A program made the position numbers and the translations under genes. Positions 18,792 to 28,333 of a DNA stretch of 64,000 nucleotides are shown here, piece after piece. Numbering within the stretch: position 1 is the first letter of the stretch; every line of letters starts with the position of its first letter. The stretch is from Thermoanaerobaculia bacterium (GTDB lineage Bacteria > Acidobacteriota > Thermoanaerobaculia > Multivoradales > UBA5704), in the NCBI GenBank assembly GCA_035266085.1, contig DATFNZ010000118.1, forward strand, positions 692 to 64,691. The letters run 5' to 3'. Under the pieces are notes generated by a model. The model did no database searches, was not told the origin of the DNA, and saw only the letters and a program-made list of their open reading frames with translations.

Positions 18792-19603
18792 TTCAAGTCT
18801 CCCGTATCGTCAATATCAGTAGACAGCAGCCAGTGAGCGAGGACGATCAGCACGATCGTCCCCGCGAGCAGCAGCGTCGAGACCGCGTTCACCTCGGGGG
18901 TGACGCCGACCTTGAGCATCGAGTAGATGTGGAGCGGCAGCGTGGTGGCGCCCACCCCGGCGACGAACGAGGTGATCACGTAGTCGTCGATCGAGAGGGT
19001 GAAGACGAGCAGGGCGCTCGCCGCGATGCCTGGAGCGGCCAGCGGCAGCGTCACCCGCCGGAAGGTCTCGAAGGGCCCCGCGCCGAGGTCGCGGGCCGCC
19101 TCCTCCAGCGACGGATCGAGCCCCGCGAGCCGTGCCCGCACCACGATGGCCACGTAGGAAACGCTGAAGACGACGTGGGCGATCACCACCGTCCACAGCG
19201 AGAGGCGCAGCTCGACGGCCCCGAAGAAGGTGACGAGGGCCGCGCCCAAGACGACCTCGGGGATGATCACCGGCAGGTAGAGTAGGGCCTGGGTAGCCCG
19301 TTTGGCCCTGAATTGGAGCCGGGCGAGCGCCAGGGCGGCCGGGGTGCCGAGGAGGACGGCCACGGCGGTCGTGATCCCCGCCACCACCAGGCTGTTGCGG
19401 ACGGACCGGAAGAGCAGGCCGTTGTCCAGGAGCCGCCGGTACCAGTCCAAAGTGAACCCCTCCCAGAACGCCGTCTGCCGCGCCGCGTTGAAGGAGAAGA
19501 CCACCAGGATGACGATGGGCGCGTAGAGGAAGAGGTAGACGAGCGCCGTGTGCGCCGCCAGCAGCCGCCGGCGGTAACCTCCGCTCAAACGACCGCCGCT
19601 CAC
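18788..19603 (-). CDS. potC: Spermidine/putrescine ABC transporter permease
   Basis: 271 aa counted from the GTG that overlaps the potB stop (GTGA). EAA-loop LEEAARDLGAGPFETFRRVTLPL. Confidence 0.88.
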   Translation of the reverse strand: MSGGRLSGGYRRRLLAAHTALVYLFLYAPIVILVVFSFNAARQTAFWEGFTLDWYRRLLDNGLLFRSVRNSLVVAGITTAVAVLLGTPAALALARLQFRAKRATQALLYLPVIIPEVVLGAALVTFFGAVELRLSLWTVVIAHVVFSVSYVAIVVRARLAGLDPSLEEAARDLGAGPFETFRRVTLPLAAPGIAASALLVFTLSIDDYVITSFVAGVGATTLPLHIYSMLKVGVTPEVNAVSTLLLAGTIVLIVLAHWLLSTDIDDTGDLK

Positions 19604-20490
19604 AGCAGCTCCTCTCCGCCCCGGCGTCTGGCGTAGACGGCGTAGGCGACGAGCAGGAGCAGCACGGCCGCCGTCATCTCGAAGGCGAGGGCCGAGCCGA
19701 AGGGCTTGTTGCGGGCGACGGCGAACTGGTTCTGGATCAGGTTGCCGAGCAGCATGCTGCGGGCGCCGCCCAGGAGGTCCGAGACCACGAACTGCCCGAG
19801 GCTGGGGATGAAGACGAGCACGATCCCCGCCACGATTCCCGGCAGGCTCAGGGGGACCGTCACCCGCCAGAACGACTGCCGGCTCCCTGCCCCGAGGTCC
19901 GAGGCCGCCTCGAGCAGCGACCGGTCGAGCTTCTCCAGCGAGGCGTAGAGGGGCAGGATCATGAACGGCAGCTCGCCATAGACCAGCCCGATCATCACCG
20001 CCGTCTGGGTGTAGAGCATCTCCAAGGGATGATCGAGGAGCCCCGTTCCCATCAGGACCAAGTTGATCAGCCCCTCCGTGCGCAGGATGAACATCCAGGC
20101 ATAGGTGCGGACCAGGAAGCTGGTCCAGAACGGCACCACGACCAGCCCGAGCAGCAATCCCTTCCACCGCCGGGGAGCCAGGATCGCCAGGTAGTAGGCG
20201 ATGGGGAAGCTGACGACGAGGCAGAAGACGGTCGTGAGCACGGCCATCCACAGCGACCGCCAGCCGATCTTGAGGTAGATCGCCCCGAGCGACCGGGCGT
20301 AGTTGCCGAGGAACGCTCCCGAGCGGACGTACTCGCCGAGGTCCGCGATCGGCCTGATGCCGCCATAGGTGCCCCGCTCGGCGAAGCTGACGGCGAGCAT
20401 GAGGGCGAGGGGGACGAGGAAGAAGATGCCCAGAACCAGCCAGGTCGGCAGGAGGAGGGGGTAGGCGGTGCGGTCTTTCCGGCGGCTCAC
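19600..20490 (-). CDS. potB: Spermidine/putrescine ABC transporter permease
   Basis: EAA-loop LLEAASDLGAGSRQSFWRVTVPL. Six TM segments. GTG start. Confidence 0.88.
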   Translation of the reverse strand: MSRRKDRTAYPLLLPTWLVLGIFFLVPLALMLAVSFAERGTYGGIRPIADLGEYVRSGAFLGNYARSLGAIYLKIGWRSLWMAVLTTVFCLVVSFPIAYYLAILAPRRWKGLLLGLVVVPFWTSFLVRTYAWMFILRTEGLINLVLMGTGLLDHPLEMLYTQTAVMIGLVYGELPFMILPLYASLEKLDRSLLEAASDLGAGSRQSFWRVTVPLSLPGIVAGIVLVFIPSLGQFVVSDLLGGARSMLLGNLIQNQFAVARNKPFGSALAFEMTAAVLLLLVAYAVYARRRGGEELL

Positions 20491-20577
20491 GAGGGCGGAT
20501 GATGACGGGACCCTCGATGAGGATCAAGGGGTACGGTAGACTCGGAAGAAATTGGCATACCCTGGAGAATGAACGTA

Positions 20578-20991
20578 ATGATTACTGTTCTCGATCGGAT
20601 GGACGCGTTACGGCAGCAGCTTGACCATCTCCGATACCTCCGCCCCCAAGTGACGGATCCGGAGATCCTGCGTGGCAACCTGTCGTTGAGTAACAACGTT
20701 CTGCGTTCTCTCCAGGTCATCTGCCAAGCGGTTATCGACATCGCTGGTGACCTTTCTGCTCGTCGCCGGCTTCGTTTTGAGGACTACTCCACAGCTATCC
20801 GGAATCTATCTGTTTTCCCTGAATTTCCAGCTTCCCTGATCCAAGATCTGGGAACATTACCTGAATTACGCGACATCATTGTCCACAAATCCTCAGACTT
20901 AGACTATGCATGTATCATCGAGGTCTTGGATCATCTTGGGTCCGTTGAACAGTTTATGGAGACGGTCTGCCGGATGGAGACTACCGCGTAA
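20578..20991 (+). CDS. Orphan HEPN-domain (DUF86/HepT-like) protein
   Basis: Rx4H motif in LRDIIVHKS and a DUF86-like helix QAVIDIAGDL. Visibly lower GC. The start is 20578 (GGAGA 9 nt upstream) or 20569. No cognate MNT gene lies in the same orientation. Confidence 0.7.
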   Translation: MITVLDRMDALRQQLDHLRYLRPQVTDPEILRGNLSLSNNVLRSLQVICQAVIDIAGDLSARRRLRFEDYSTAIRNLSVFPEFPASLIQDLGTLPELRDIIVHKSSDLDYACIIEVLDHLGSVEQFMETVCRMETTA

Positions 20992-21015
20992 GCCCCACTA
21001 TTGCAGCTATGCAGG

Positions 21016-21372
21016 TCAGATCTCCTGCGGAGGGGGCGGAACCAGCTTTTCGAGTTGCTGGACGAGCTTCGGGAGATATTCCTGAACGAGGTCCCAGATA
21101 AGCGCGTGCTCCACGTCGCCATACTCGTGCACCAGCACGTTGCGCTGGGCCACGATCTTGCGCCAGGGGATCTCGGGATGTGCCTGCTGGAAACCGACGC
21201 TCACCCGGTTCGCGGCCTCACCGATAATCTGGATCGCGCGTTCAACGGCAAGGTAAAGCATGGGTTTCTCTGAGTACTCGCCGAGGGGCACGCCGCGAGT
21301 AAAGGCAACCGCTTGGCGGGCGGCCTCCAGCATGTCCCAGAGATAGGAGGCGTCGCGTTGGTCAGGCTGCAT
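21016..21372 (-). CDS. hepT: HepT-type HEPN ribonuclease toxin (DUF86)
   Basis: RNVLVHEY (Rx4HxY) motif. Overlaps the upstream MNT gene by 11 nt. Confidence 0.85.
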   Translation of the reverse strand: MQPDQRDASYLWDMLEAARQAVAFTRGVPLGEYSEKPMLYLAVERAIQIIGEAANRVSVGFQQAHPEIPWRKIVAQRNVLVHEYGDVEHALIWDLVQEYLPKLVQQLEKLVPPPPQEI

Positions 21373-21682
21373 AGACGAGTTGGCGCGTGTTCAAGATCTC
21401 GTGCCGTCGGAAGGGATTGCGCAGCCCGCCCTTGCTCACCAGGTCCACCTTGCGCTGGAAGATTCTCTCGAGCTCCTCTTGCATTTCCACGAAATCGAAG
21501 AGACTGACCCGGGCACCTGGGATGAAGGCGACGAGGACGTCCACGTCACTCTCCGGCAAGAAGTCATCCCGCAACACGGAGCCGAAGAGAGACAACTCCT
21601 CTACCTGCCATTTCCGGCAGAAGGCAGAGATTGCCTCTAACGGCAGCGGCACGTGAACGTGAGGCGGCGACTGTAGGGTCAT
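21362..21682 (-). CDS. mntA: MntA-type minimal nucleotidyltransferase antitoxin
   Basis: LFGSVLRDDFLPESDVDVLV (GSx10-11 DxD NTase motif). Starts 31 nt after the potA stop. Confidence 0.85.
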   Translation of the reverse strand: MTLQSPPHVHVPLPLEAISAFCRKWQVEELSLFGSVLRDDFLPESDVDVLVAFIPGARVSLFDFVEMQEELERIFQRKVDLVSKGGLRNPFRRHEILNTRQLVYAA

Positions 21683-21713
21683 GGGAGAAACGTAGCCTTC
21701 GGTCCCCGGACTG

Positions 21714-22820
21714 TCAAGCGCGCCCGGTTTCCCGCAGCACCACGCTGTGCCGTGCGTCCCACCCCAGGAAAGCAGGATTGCCCGGCGAAAACGGCAGCGC
21801 CTCCCCGGCCAGCCCAGCGTTCTGGGCGAAGACGGCGTAGCGCTCTCCCCGGGCATCGCGGACGATCCATTCCGTGCTCGCCCCGTGGTAGACGCGGTCC
21901 TCGACCGTCACCGCCAGCGAGATCTCCGAGGGGAGGGGGACGGCCCGCAGGGCGAGCTTCTCCGGGCGGACCACGAAGCGCACCGGCTCGCGCCGCAGCC
22001 GGGGCGGGCCGGCCGAGGGAACGGAGAATTCGGTGCCATCCGGTAGCTGTAGCGAGAGAATGCCGTCCTCCTGACGGCGCACCTCGGCGGTGAAGACGTT
22101 CGTGGCGCCCAGGAAGCGGGCCACGAACTCCGTCTCCGGCGTCTCGAAGATCCCGGCGGGGCTGCCGATTTGCTCGACCCGGCCGCCGTTCATCACCGCG
22201 ATCCGGTCGCTCATGGCCAGGGCTTCCTGCTGGTCGTGGGTGACGAAGACGAAGGTGATGCCGAGGGCGCGCTGGAGAGTCTTGAGCTCCACCTGCACTT
22301 CCTTGCGCAGGTTGGGGTCGAGGGCGGCGAGCGGCTCGTCGAGCAGCAGCACCTGCGGGCCCAGCACCAGGGCCCGGGCCAAGGCCACCCGCTGGCGTTG
22401 GCCGCCGCTCAACTGGTCCGGACGGCGCTTCTCATACCCCGTGAGGCGGACGAGCGCCAGCGTTTCGGCGACCCGGGCGGCGTGGTCGGCCCGCGGCAGC
22501 GGCTTGTAGCGCAGCCCAAAGCCGACGTTCTCCTCGACCGTGAGGTGGGGGAATAGCGCGTAGTGCTGGAAGACCATGTTGACCGGCCGCCGGTGGGGAG
22601 GCACCCGGGTGACGTCGCTTCCCTGAATACGGATCGTCCCCGCGCCCGGCTCCTCGAACCCGGCGATCAGCCGCAGCAGGGTCGTCTTGCCGCAGCCGCT
22701 GGGGCCCAGCAGGGCGAAGAACTCGCCGCGGGCGATCTCCAGCGAGACGCCGTCCACGGCCGTCACGCTGTCGAAGCGCTTGGTGACGTTCTCGATCTGG
22801 ACGCTGGGATCGTTCGCCAT
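21714..22820 (-). CDS. potA: Spermidine/putrescine ABC transporter ATP-binding protein
   Basis: Walker A GPSGCGKTT, signature LSGGQRQRVALAR, Walker B LLLDEPL, and a C-terminal TOBE-like domain. Confidence 0.92.
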   Translation of the reverse strand: MANDPSVQIENVTKRFDSVTAVDGVSLEIARGEFFALLGPSGCGKTTLLRLIAGFEEPGAGTIRIQGSDVTRVPPHRRPVNMVFQHYALFPHLTVEENVGFGLRYKPLPRADHAARVAETLALVRLTGYEKRRPDQLSGGQRQRVALARALVLGPQVLLLDEPLAALDPNLRKEVQVELKTLQRALGITFVFVTHDQQEALAMSDRIAVMNGGRVEQIGSPAGIFETPETEFVARFLGATNVFTAEVRRQEDGILSLQLPDGTEFSVPSAGPPRLRREPVRFVVRPEKLALRAVPLPSEISLAVTVEDRVYHGASTEWIVRDARGERYAVFAQNAGLAGEALPFSPGNPAFLGWDARHSVVLRETGRA

Positions 22821-22850
22821 GGCCGGATGGGGTCAGGCGGCGCTTGTACC

Positions 22851-22955
22851 ACAAGGACAACAAGGACGCCAAGGACCTCAAAGACAATTCAAAAGACCGA
22901 GGGTTGCTGAGCCTCGCCGTCCTTGTTGTCCTTGAGGTCCTTGCAGTCCTTGTTT
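22851..22955. repeat. CAAGGAC-heptad palindromic element (3 forward and 4 reverse heptads on a 9-bp register)
   Basis: caaggacaacaaggacgccaaggacc ... cgtccttgttgtccttgaggtccttgcagtccttg. Lies in the divergent intergenic region between potA and the 23043 gene. Related to the element at 8372-8436. Confidence 0.75.
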
Positions 22956-23042
22956 GGCCTTGGGCCTCTCTCTTAAGGCTCGCCCAGTCGCCCAGTCTGC
23001 ACCCTCCTCTTATAGACCCTTACGACAGGAGGAGGAGCTTCA

Positions 23043-24053
23043 ATGCAGCTTCGACGTCTGACCATCCCCATCCTCGCGGCCCTGGCGTTCCTGGCCGTCG
23101 CGAGTCAGGCCGGCGCCCAGCCTTGCCTGATCTTCGTCCACGGCAAGCAGACCGACACCAACACCTTCACCAGCTACACCTCGGCCCGGAACTACTGGGT
23201 GAAAGGCTCGACCGACTTCGTCCGCACGGCCACCAAGAGCTTCGCCACGTCCTACTACGTGGTCGGCTACAACGGCACGCGGCCCTACTGGGAGCCGCAG
23301 TCGGCCGGCGAGACGGCCAACGAGATCGTCAACGCCACCAACGGCGGGGCGGACGGCGGGGGCAACCGTTGCCGGCTCACCTACGCCCAGGGCGGCACGT
23401 TCTGGGTGGTCGCCCACAGCATGGGCGGGACGGTGATGGACTACATCCTCGGCAACAACGACGCCTCGGACCCCAACTTCAACGCCAACGGGCCCTACGA
23501 TCAGGTGGCGCAACGGCTCAGCCTGGTGATCACCACCGGCGGCGCCCACCGCGGCTCCCAGGGCGCGGACGCCGTCTGCCTGCAGTCGAACCCGTTCTGC
23601 AGCTTCATCGCCATCTTCATCCAGAGCTGCGACGATGCCACCTTCTGGCTGCGCAGCTCGGACGACGTGCAAGTGCGGACCTACGCCAACGCGCCGGCCA
23701 AGACGGTCCACCTGACGGGCGGCTATGAAGCCATCTTCGGTGCCAGCGCCTGCATCAACGGCGAGGACGATGGCGTCGTTCAGTACGCCTCCATTTTCGC
23801 CTGCAACGGCAGCGCGACGGCGAGCTACGACAACTCGAACGTCTGCGGCAACACGAGCAAGCAGGAGGCCTCGGGCTTCCGCAACCTCGATGGCACCCAC
23901 GAGAACCACGACGACGAGCGCAACGCCAGCGACACCGACGTCCGCAAGGCCATCCCCGGCGGCATCTGGACCTGCGGCGGCGTGCCCTGCGCCCCAAACA
24001 CCACCGTCAACAGCGCCATGAACACCGCGCAATTCATCGCGACCCTCTACTAG
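23043..24053 (+). CDS. Secreted alpha/beta-hydrolase (lipase/esterase-like), Cys-rich
   Basis: Signal peptide ending SQAGAQP. VHG oxyanion region and the nucleophile elbow AHSMGG. Confidence 0.8.
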   Translation: MQLRRLTIPILAALAFLAVASQAGAQPCLIFVHGKQTDTNTFTSYTSARNYWVKGSTDFVRTATKSFATSYYVVGYNGTRPYWEPQSAGETANEIVNATNGGADGGGNRCRLTYAQGGTFWVVAHSMGGTVMDYILGNNDASDPNFNANGPYDQVAQRLSLVITTGGAHRGSQGADAVCLQSNPFCSFIAIFIQSCDDATFWLRSSDDVQVRTYANAPAKTVHLTGGYEAIFGASACINGEDDGVVQYASIFACNGSATASYDNSNVCGNTSKQEASGFRNLDGTHENHDDERNASDTDVRKAIPGGIWTCGGVPCAPNTTVNSAMNTAQFIATLY

Positions 24054-24064
24054 GAGATCCAGCC

Positions 24065-25069
24065 ATGAGCATGAAGAAGACGATTGGAATCGCGATGGCG
24101 GCGCTGGCGGTCCCGGCGCTGGGCCTGGCGCAGGTGGAAGCAGGCAAGCTGGCCCGCGAGACGGCCAAGGAGTACCGGGAGATGGCGCGTTATCCGGAGA
24201 GCTCCCGCGCCCTGAAGAAGGGCGAGGCGGACCCCGTCCGGGAGAAGCGCCAGCCGACCCGCCAGTCGCGGCGCGGCACGGACGTGAACGATCCCACGCT
24301 CTCCGTGTGGGCTTCCAAGGTGAGCTATGAGAAGGGCCAGCCGGTGGACCTCTACGCCTCGCTCGAGAACCGCGGCAAGGCCGTGGCCGCGGCGGATGCG
24401 CTCACCGGCGAGATCGTGGACGCCTACGGCCGGGTGCTCGCCCAGGCTGTCTACCTTGACGACGGCAAGGGCGCCGACCTGCGGGCCGGCGACGGCGTGT
24501 ACTCGGCCCGGCTCGACCCCGCGGCGCTGGCGGCGACGGCGGCCTACATGGTGCGCGTCAGCACGCGGCTGGCCGACGGCGATCCCCTGGAGGCGGCCGG
24601 CGGCTTCCTCCTGAGCGATCCGGCAGCCCGTCTGACCGGCCGGTACCGCGACGTGGTGCGCGAGGGCAACCTCGTCATCGCCGCCGAGGTCGAGGTGGCC
24701 GAGCGCGGCCGTTTCCACCTTGCCGGCACCCTCTACTCGAAGGCGGGAGAGCCGGTCGGCTATGCCCAGGCGGCGGCCAACCTGGAGCCCGGCCGGCAGT
24801 GGATCGAGCTCTCCTATTACGGCCTGATGTTCCACGACCGTCAGGTCGCCGGCCCCTACCGGCTCGGCAGCCTGGCCTTCTCGACCACGACCCAGATGCC
24901 GAACGCCCTCAACGACTTGGTGGAGAACGCCTACGTCACCCGTCCCTATCGGCTCCGGCAGATGCGGGAGGTCGCCTTCGAGCGTCCGCAGCTCCTGGAG
25001 ACGGCCAAGCGTTTGGAGATCGACGCCGAACGGGCGGAGCGGGAGGCTTGGGAGAGGGAGCGGCAGTAG
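24065..25069 (+). CDS. Secreted hypothetical protein
   Basis: Signal MSMKKTIGIAMAALAVPALGLAQ. DDGKGADLRAGDGVYS motif. Starts 12 nt after the previous stop. Its 3' third is duplicated at 26791-27163. Confidence 0.75.
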   Translation: MSMKKTIGIAMAALAVPALGLAQVEAGKLARETAKEYREMARYPESSRALKKGEADPVREKRQPTRQSRRGTDVNDPTLSVWASKVSYEKGQPVDLYASLENRGKAVAAADALTGEIVDAYGRVLAQAVYLDDGKGADLRAGDGVYSARLDPAALAATAAYMVRVSTRLADGDPLEAAGGFLLSDPAARLTGRYRDVVREGNLVIAAEVEVAERGRFHLAGTLYSKAGEPVGYAQAAANLEPGRQWIELSYYGLMFHDRQVAGPYRLGSLAFSTTTQMPNALNDLVENAYVTRPYRLRQMREVAFERPQLLETAKRLEIDAERAEREAWERERQ

Positions 25070-25145
25070 GTCTCGCTCCCCGAATTGTCCCCTTCTTACT
25101 CCCTCTCCCGACCGGGGAGAGGGAGAGCTCCTGGCCGGCCCTTGT
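24697..25145 (+). repeat. Direct repeat copy 1 (~450 bp): 3' end of the 24065 gene plus a downstream hairpin
   Basis: Near-identical to 26791-27242, with roughly 15 mismatches seen by eye. Confidence 0.9.
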
Positions 25146-25258
25146 CGGGAAATCGAGAATCCTGAAACGATTTTTGCCGGCCCGTCACTACCTGCCGAGG
25201 GCAACCCCTCTTCCATCGCGGGAAAGGTTGTAGAACCCCCACAGGAGAACGAAAAACT

Positions 25259-26356
25259 ATGCGCAGACGAATTCTATTCTTGTTGATCTCTGCCTTGGCC
25301 GGCCACCTCCATCCACTCTCCGCTATCCAGTACGGCTTTGCCGATTCCGGATTCCAGATCGCCTCGATTCGTACCGTCTATGACGACGGCTACGAGGGGA
25401 CCTCTCTCAATCCCCTGACTCTGACGTCGCCCTGCCTTTGGGGTACCTCCATTGGCGGCTGCCCCACGGGCCCGGTGATCTACTCGGCATCCAACTGGTG
25501 GCGCCAGAACTGGGTTGACATTTGTGGGCCTCTCTTCCCCTGCACCTTCTGGCTTCTGCAGATGAACAATGAACCGGCCTTCAACAACTGCAATCCGGGT
25601 CCCCCTGACGCTTCGCTTCCTCGCTCGGAACCTGGCCATGGCATCATGGGCTTCACGGCGATCAAGGGCTCGCTGGTCGGCGAAGCTTTCTACCGTGCCC
25701 ATCTCGTGTTGAACCTGACCTACCCAAACCCCTGTGATGGTGGTTACGGTATACCTTTTCTTTCCATTGCCGCCGACCGCGATCGGGGCAACGGGGGGCG
25801 TACACCTGGAGCTCTCAACCGTTCTTCCACGACGATTCCCAATCGAGTCCGCTTCACCGCCCGGCTTTGGGATCTGGGCCTACCGAGCTGTCCGAGCTGC
25901 GTTAACGGGTTCGTACAGCCTGGCAAAGGCTACCTCGACTTCGCCCTGTGGGCCGTGGCGGAGTGGGGAGGAAAGCAGCGCATGCTTTTCGTCAACCTCC
26001 TGCATCGGAACAAGGAATACGCGGGGGGCGTAGCCGGACAGACCTATGAATTCAACTGGCCGGTTCAGGAGGATACCCTCTACCCCGGAGCCGACCTCGC
26101 CTTCTTCGAGGCGGAGGCTCTTCCGGCTCTGTGCAATTACACAGTCCCGGTGATGAGCGGAGCCATCGGACAGGAGATCAACTACACGGTCGACTTGCAG
26201 AAGCTTTTCCGCTGCGCGAGTGATCAGGGCCTCTTTCGCGACCCGATGCCGACGACCGCCAACCTGCCGATCAAGACGGTCGGATGGAAGAATGAAGGTT
26301 TAGGGCTGAGTGGAGGGATCTGGACCTCCGTTCACGGTATGAGTATGGTCCCGTAG
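25259..26356 (+). CDS. Secreted Cys-rich hypothetical protein (orphan)
   Basis: Signal MRRRILFLLISALAGHLHPLSA. Many Cys residues and aromatic-rich. Clearly lower GC than its neighbours. No family recognised. Confidence 0.7.
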   Translation: MRRRILFLLISALAGHLHPLSAIQYGFADSGFQIASIRTVYDDGYEGTSLNPLTLTSPCLWGTSIGGCPTGPVIYSASNWWRQNWVDICGPLFPCTFWLLQMNNEPAFNNCNPGPPDASLPRSEPGHGIMGFTAIKGSLVGEAFYRAHLVLNLTYPNPCDGGYGIPFLSIAADRDRGNGGRTPGALNRSSTTIPNRVRFTARLWDLGLPSCPSCVNGFVQPGKGYLDFALWAVAEWGGKQRMLFVNLLHRNKEYAGGVAGQTYEFNWPVQEDTLYPGADLAFFEAEALPALCNYTVPVMSGAIGQEINYTVDLQKLFRCASDQGLFRDPMPTTANLPIKTVGWKNEGLGLSGGIWTSVHGMSMVP

Positions 26357-26790
26357 TACATCGGGAAGGGTGGGCCGTACGCTCGATGGGCGGAGGCCGG
26401 GAGAATCACAGCGTCTTCAGCTCCGCCCATTCGAGCGCGTACCCGAGCGCCCGCTTCACTTCTCGTTCTCGCGCGACTGCCAGCGCACCCACCCGGGAGT
26501 GATCACCCGTCGCGGCAAACCCGTGGCTCTCCTGTCGCCGTTTCCGCGACGGCCTCCCTGCCGGCCTGACGAGTTCCCTTCGTCGGGCTTTGCCGGCTTG
26601 CGGCCTTCCGGCTTGCGGTCTTTGCGACCCCTTGGGCCGCAAAGACCGAAAGCCGGCAAAAGTCCGTCCAAGAAAAGTTCGTCAGGCCGGCAGGGATGCC
26701 GACGCTCCCAGGGAGGCGCTACGCAGCAGCTCAACCCTGCCTTGACAGACCACTAGTTGCCGACTCGTCGGAGGAGCCATGCGAACCGTC

Positions 26791-27163
26791 GGCCGAGCGC
26801 GGCCGTTTCCACCTTGCCGGCACCCTCTACTCGAAGGCGGGAGAGCCGGTCGGCTATGCCCAGGCGGCGGCCAACCTGGAGCCCGGCCGGCAGTGGATCG
26901 AGCTCTCCTACTACGGCCTGATGTTCCACGATCGTCAGGTCGCCGGCCCCTACCGGCTCGGCAGCCTGGCCTTCTCGACCACGACCCAAATGCCGAACGC
27001 CCTCAACGACCTGGTGGAGAACGCCTACGTCACCCGTCCCTACCGCCTCCGGCAGATGCGGGAGGCCGCCTTCGAGCGTCCGCAGCTCCTGGAGACGGCG
27101 AAGCGTTTGGAGATCGACGCCGAACGGGCGGAGAGGGAGGCGCGGGAGAGGACGCGGCAGTAG
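26791..27163 (+). pseudogene. Truncated 3' copy of the 24065-25069 gene
   Basis: Encodes AERGRFHLAGTLYSKAGEPVGY...ERAEREARERTRQ, matching the C-terminal ~123 aa of the full gene. It is preceded by a 41-bp copy of the phd 5' region joined out of frame. Confidence 0.8.
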
Positions 27164-27242
27164 GTCTCGCTCCCCCGAATTGTCCTCTTCTTACTCCCTC
27201 TCCCGACCCAGGGAGAGGGAGAGCTCCTGGCCGGCCCCTTGC
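26791..27242 (+). repeat. Direct repeat copy 2 (~450 bp)
   Basis: See copy 1 at 24697-25145. Confidence 0.9.
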
Positions 27243-27278
27243 CTGCGTTCGCGGGCTGGCCCGGTCCGTCACTCAGCG

Positions 27279-27887
27279 TCAGGTCAGGAGGGGCAGGCCA
27301 TCGGCCACGCGCTTGCGCAGCTCGGCGAGCATCTCTTTTTCGGTCATGTCCTTCGCCCAGGTGGGACGTAACTGATAATGGGGCTGATCGACGATCGAGG
27401 TCCAGTTGCCACCCCATTCGAGGCCGAGATCCACGCCGAGCACGCCGACAGCCTTGTACTTTGGAGACTCGGAGAAATACTTGGTACCAGTGAAGACCCC
27501 GATGTCAAAGGCGATGCCAAAGTTGTGGTTGGAGAAGCCGCCGCGTGCATTGGTGACCTTGGGGCCGGGCGCCGTGCGGCCCTTCGCGAACAGCGCTTCC
27601 TGTTCCGCGAACGTACGCGAGCCGCTGATGATTTTGATCTGGATGCCCGTCGACGCGGCCTTCTGGACCAGGGCTCTCGCGATCGGTTGCACCTCCGGGA
27701 GCAGAGTGGCGATGTTCGTCTCACTCCGGTCATCGACCTTCGAGATGGAAAGCTCGGGAGGCTTGCCCGAGATGGTCGGCTTGACGACGGCAGCATAGAT
27801 CGCGCCCCAGGTGTCCGGACCCGGATGCCCGTCAACCCGGACTCCGAGTTGCTTTTGCACGGCCTCAATCATCTTGTCAATCTGCAT
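27279..27887 (-). CDS. Peptidoglycan-binding domain plus M15 (VanY / L-Ala-D-Glu peptidase-like) cell-wall hydrolase, phage-endolysin type
   Basis: GGAGG RBS. PG_binding-like LGVRVDGHPGPDTWGAI. M15 zinc ligand contexts SNHNFGIAFD and DQPHYQL. No signal peptide. Confidence 0.8.
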   Translation of the reverse strand: MQIDKMIEAVQKQLGVRVDGHPGPDTWGAIYAAVVKPTISGKPPELSISKVDDRSETNIATLLPEVQPIARALVQKAASTGIQIKIISGSRTFAEQEALFAKGRTAPGPKVTNARGGFSNHNFGIAFDIGVFTGTKYFSESPKYKAVGVLGVDLGLEWGGNWTSIVDQPHYQLRPTWAKDMTEKEMLAELRKRVADGLPLLT

Positions 27888-28333
27888 GGGGCTCCTCCGA
27901 TGCCAGGCGCGTGAAAATAGGTGAGAGAAACGGCGCGCCTGAGGCCCTATTATCCCCCAATCTCCGCCATCGCCGCCACGTCCGCGGGCGATTCCGGGGT
28001 CACGGGCCGGCTGCCCTTGCGGCCGCCGCGGGCGACCTTCTCGTCTTCCACCTGGGTGGTGAGCAGGACCTTGGCCATGGTCACGGCGCGGGCGGCCAGC
28101 TCCCTCGCGCCCTTGGGGGAAGAGACAGCCGATCTCGGCGAAGAAGGCGAGCATCTGGCCGGCCGCGGCCTGCACGTGTCCTGGCCGCCAAGCACGAGGT
28201 GCCAGGGGGATTCGCGGTAAGGCGGCCACCGACGGATCTGGTCGTTCGGTGACGCCTCGGCGGGGCTCATCTGGCAAACCGGGCGATTCCTCCTCTAAGA
28301 TAGTAGACTAGTTGCCGACTCGTCGGAGGAACC

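Noticed and set aside
26370-26756. Phd/YefM-like antitoxin (VITRRGKPVALLSP) or, on the opposite strand, a RelE-like C-terminus
   Set aside because: The N-terminal helix is degenerate, no proper start or RBS is present, and both strands give vaguely TA-like translations. Probably a decayed remnant. It also contains a ccggcttgcgg tandem and a palindrome. Not called as a gene.
27888-28306. ORFs 27950-28270 (-), 27911-28252 (+) and 27921-28220 (+)
   Set aside because: All are Arg/Pro/Gly-rich with no motifs or RBS. Possibly a frameshifted relic, but no frame can be supported from the sequence alone.
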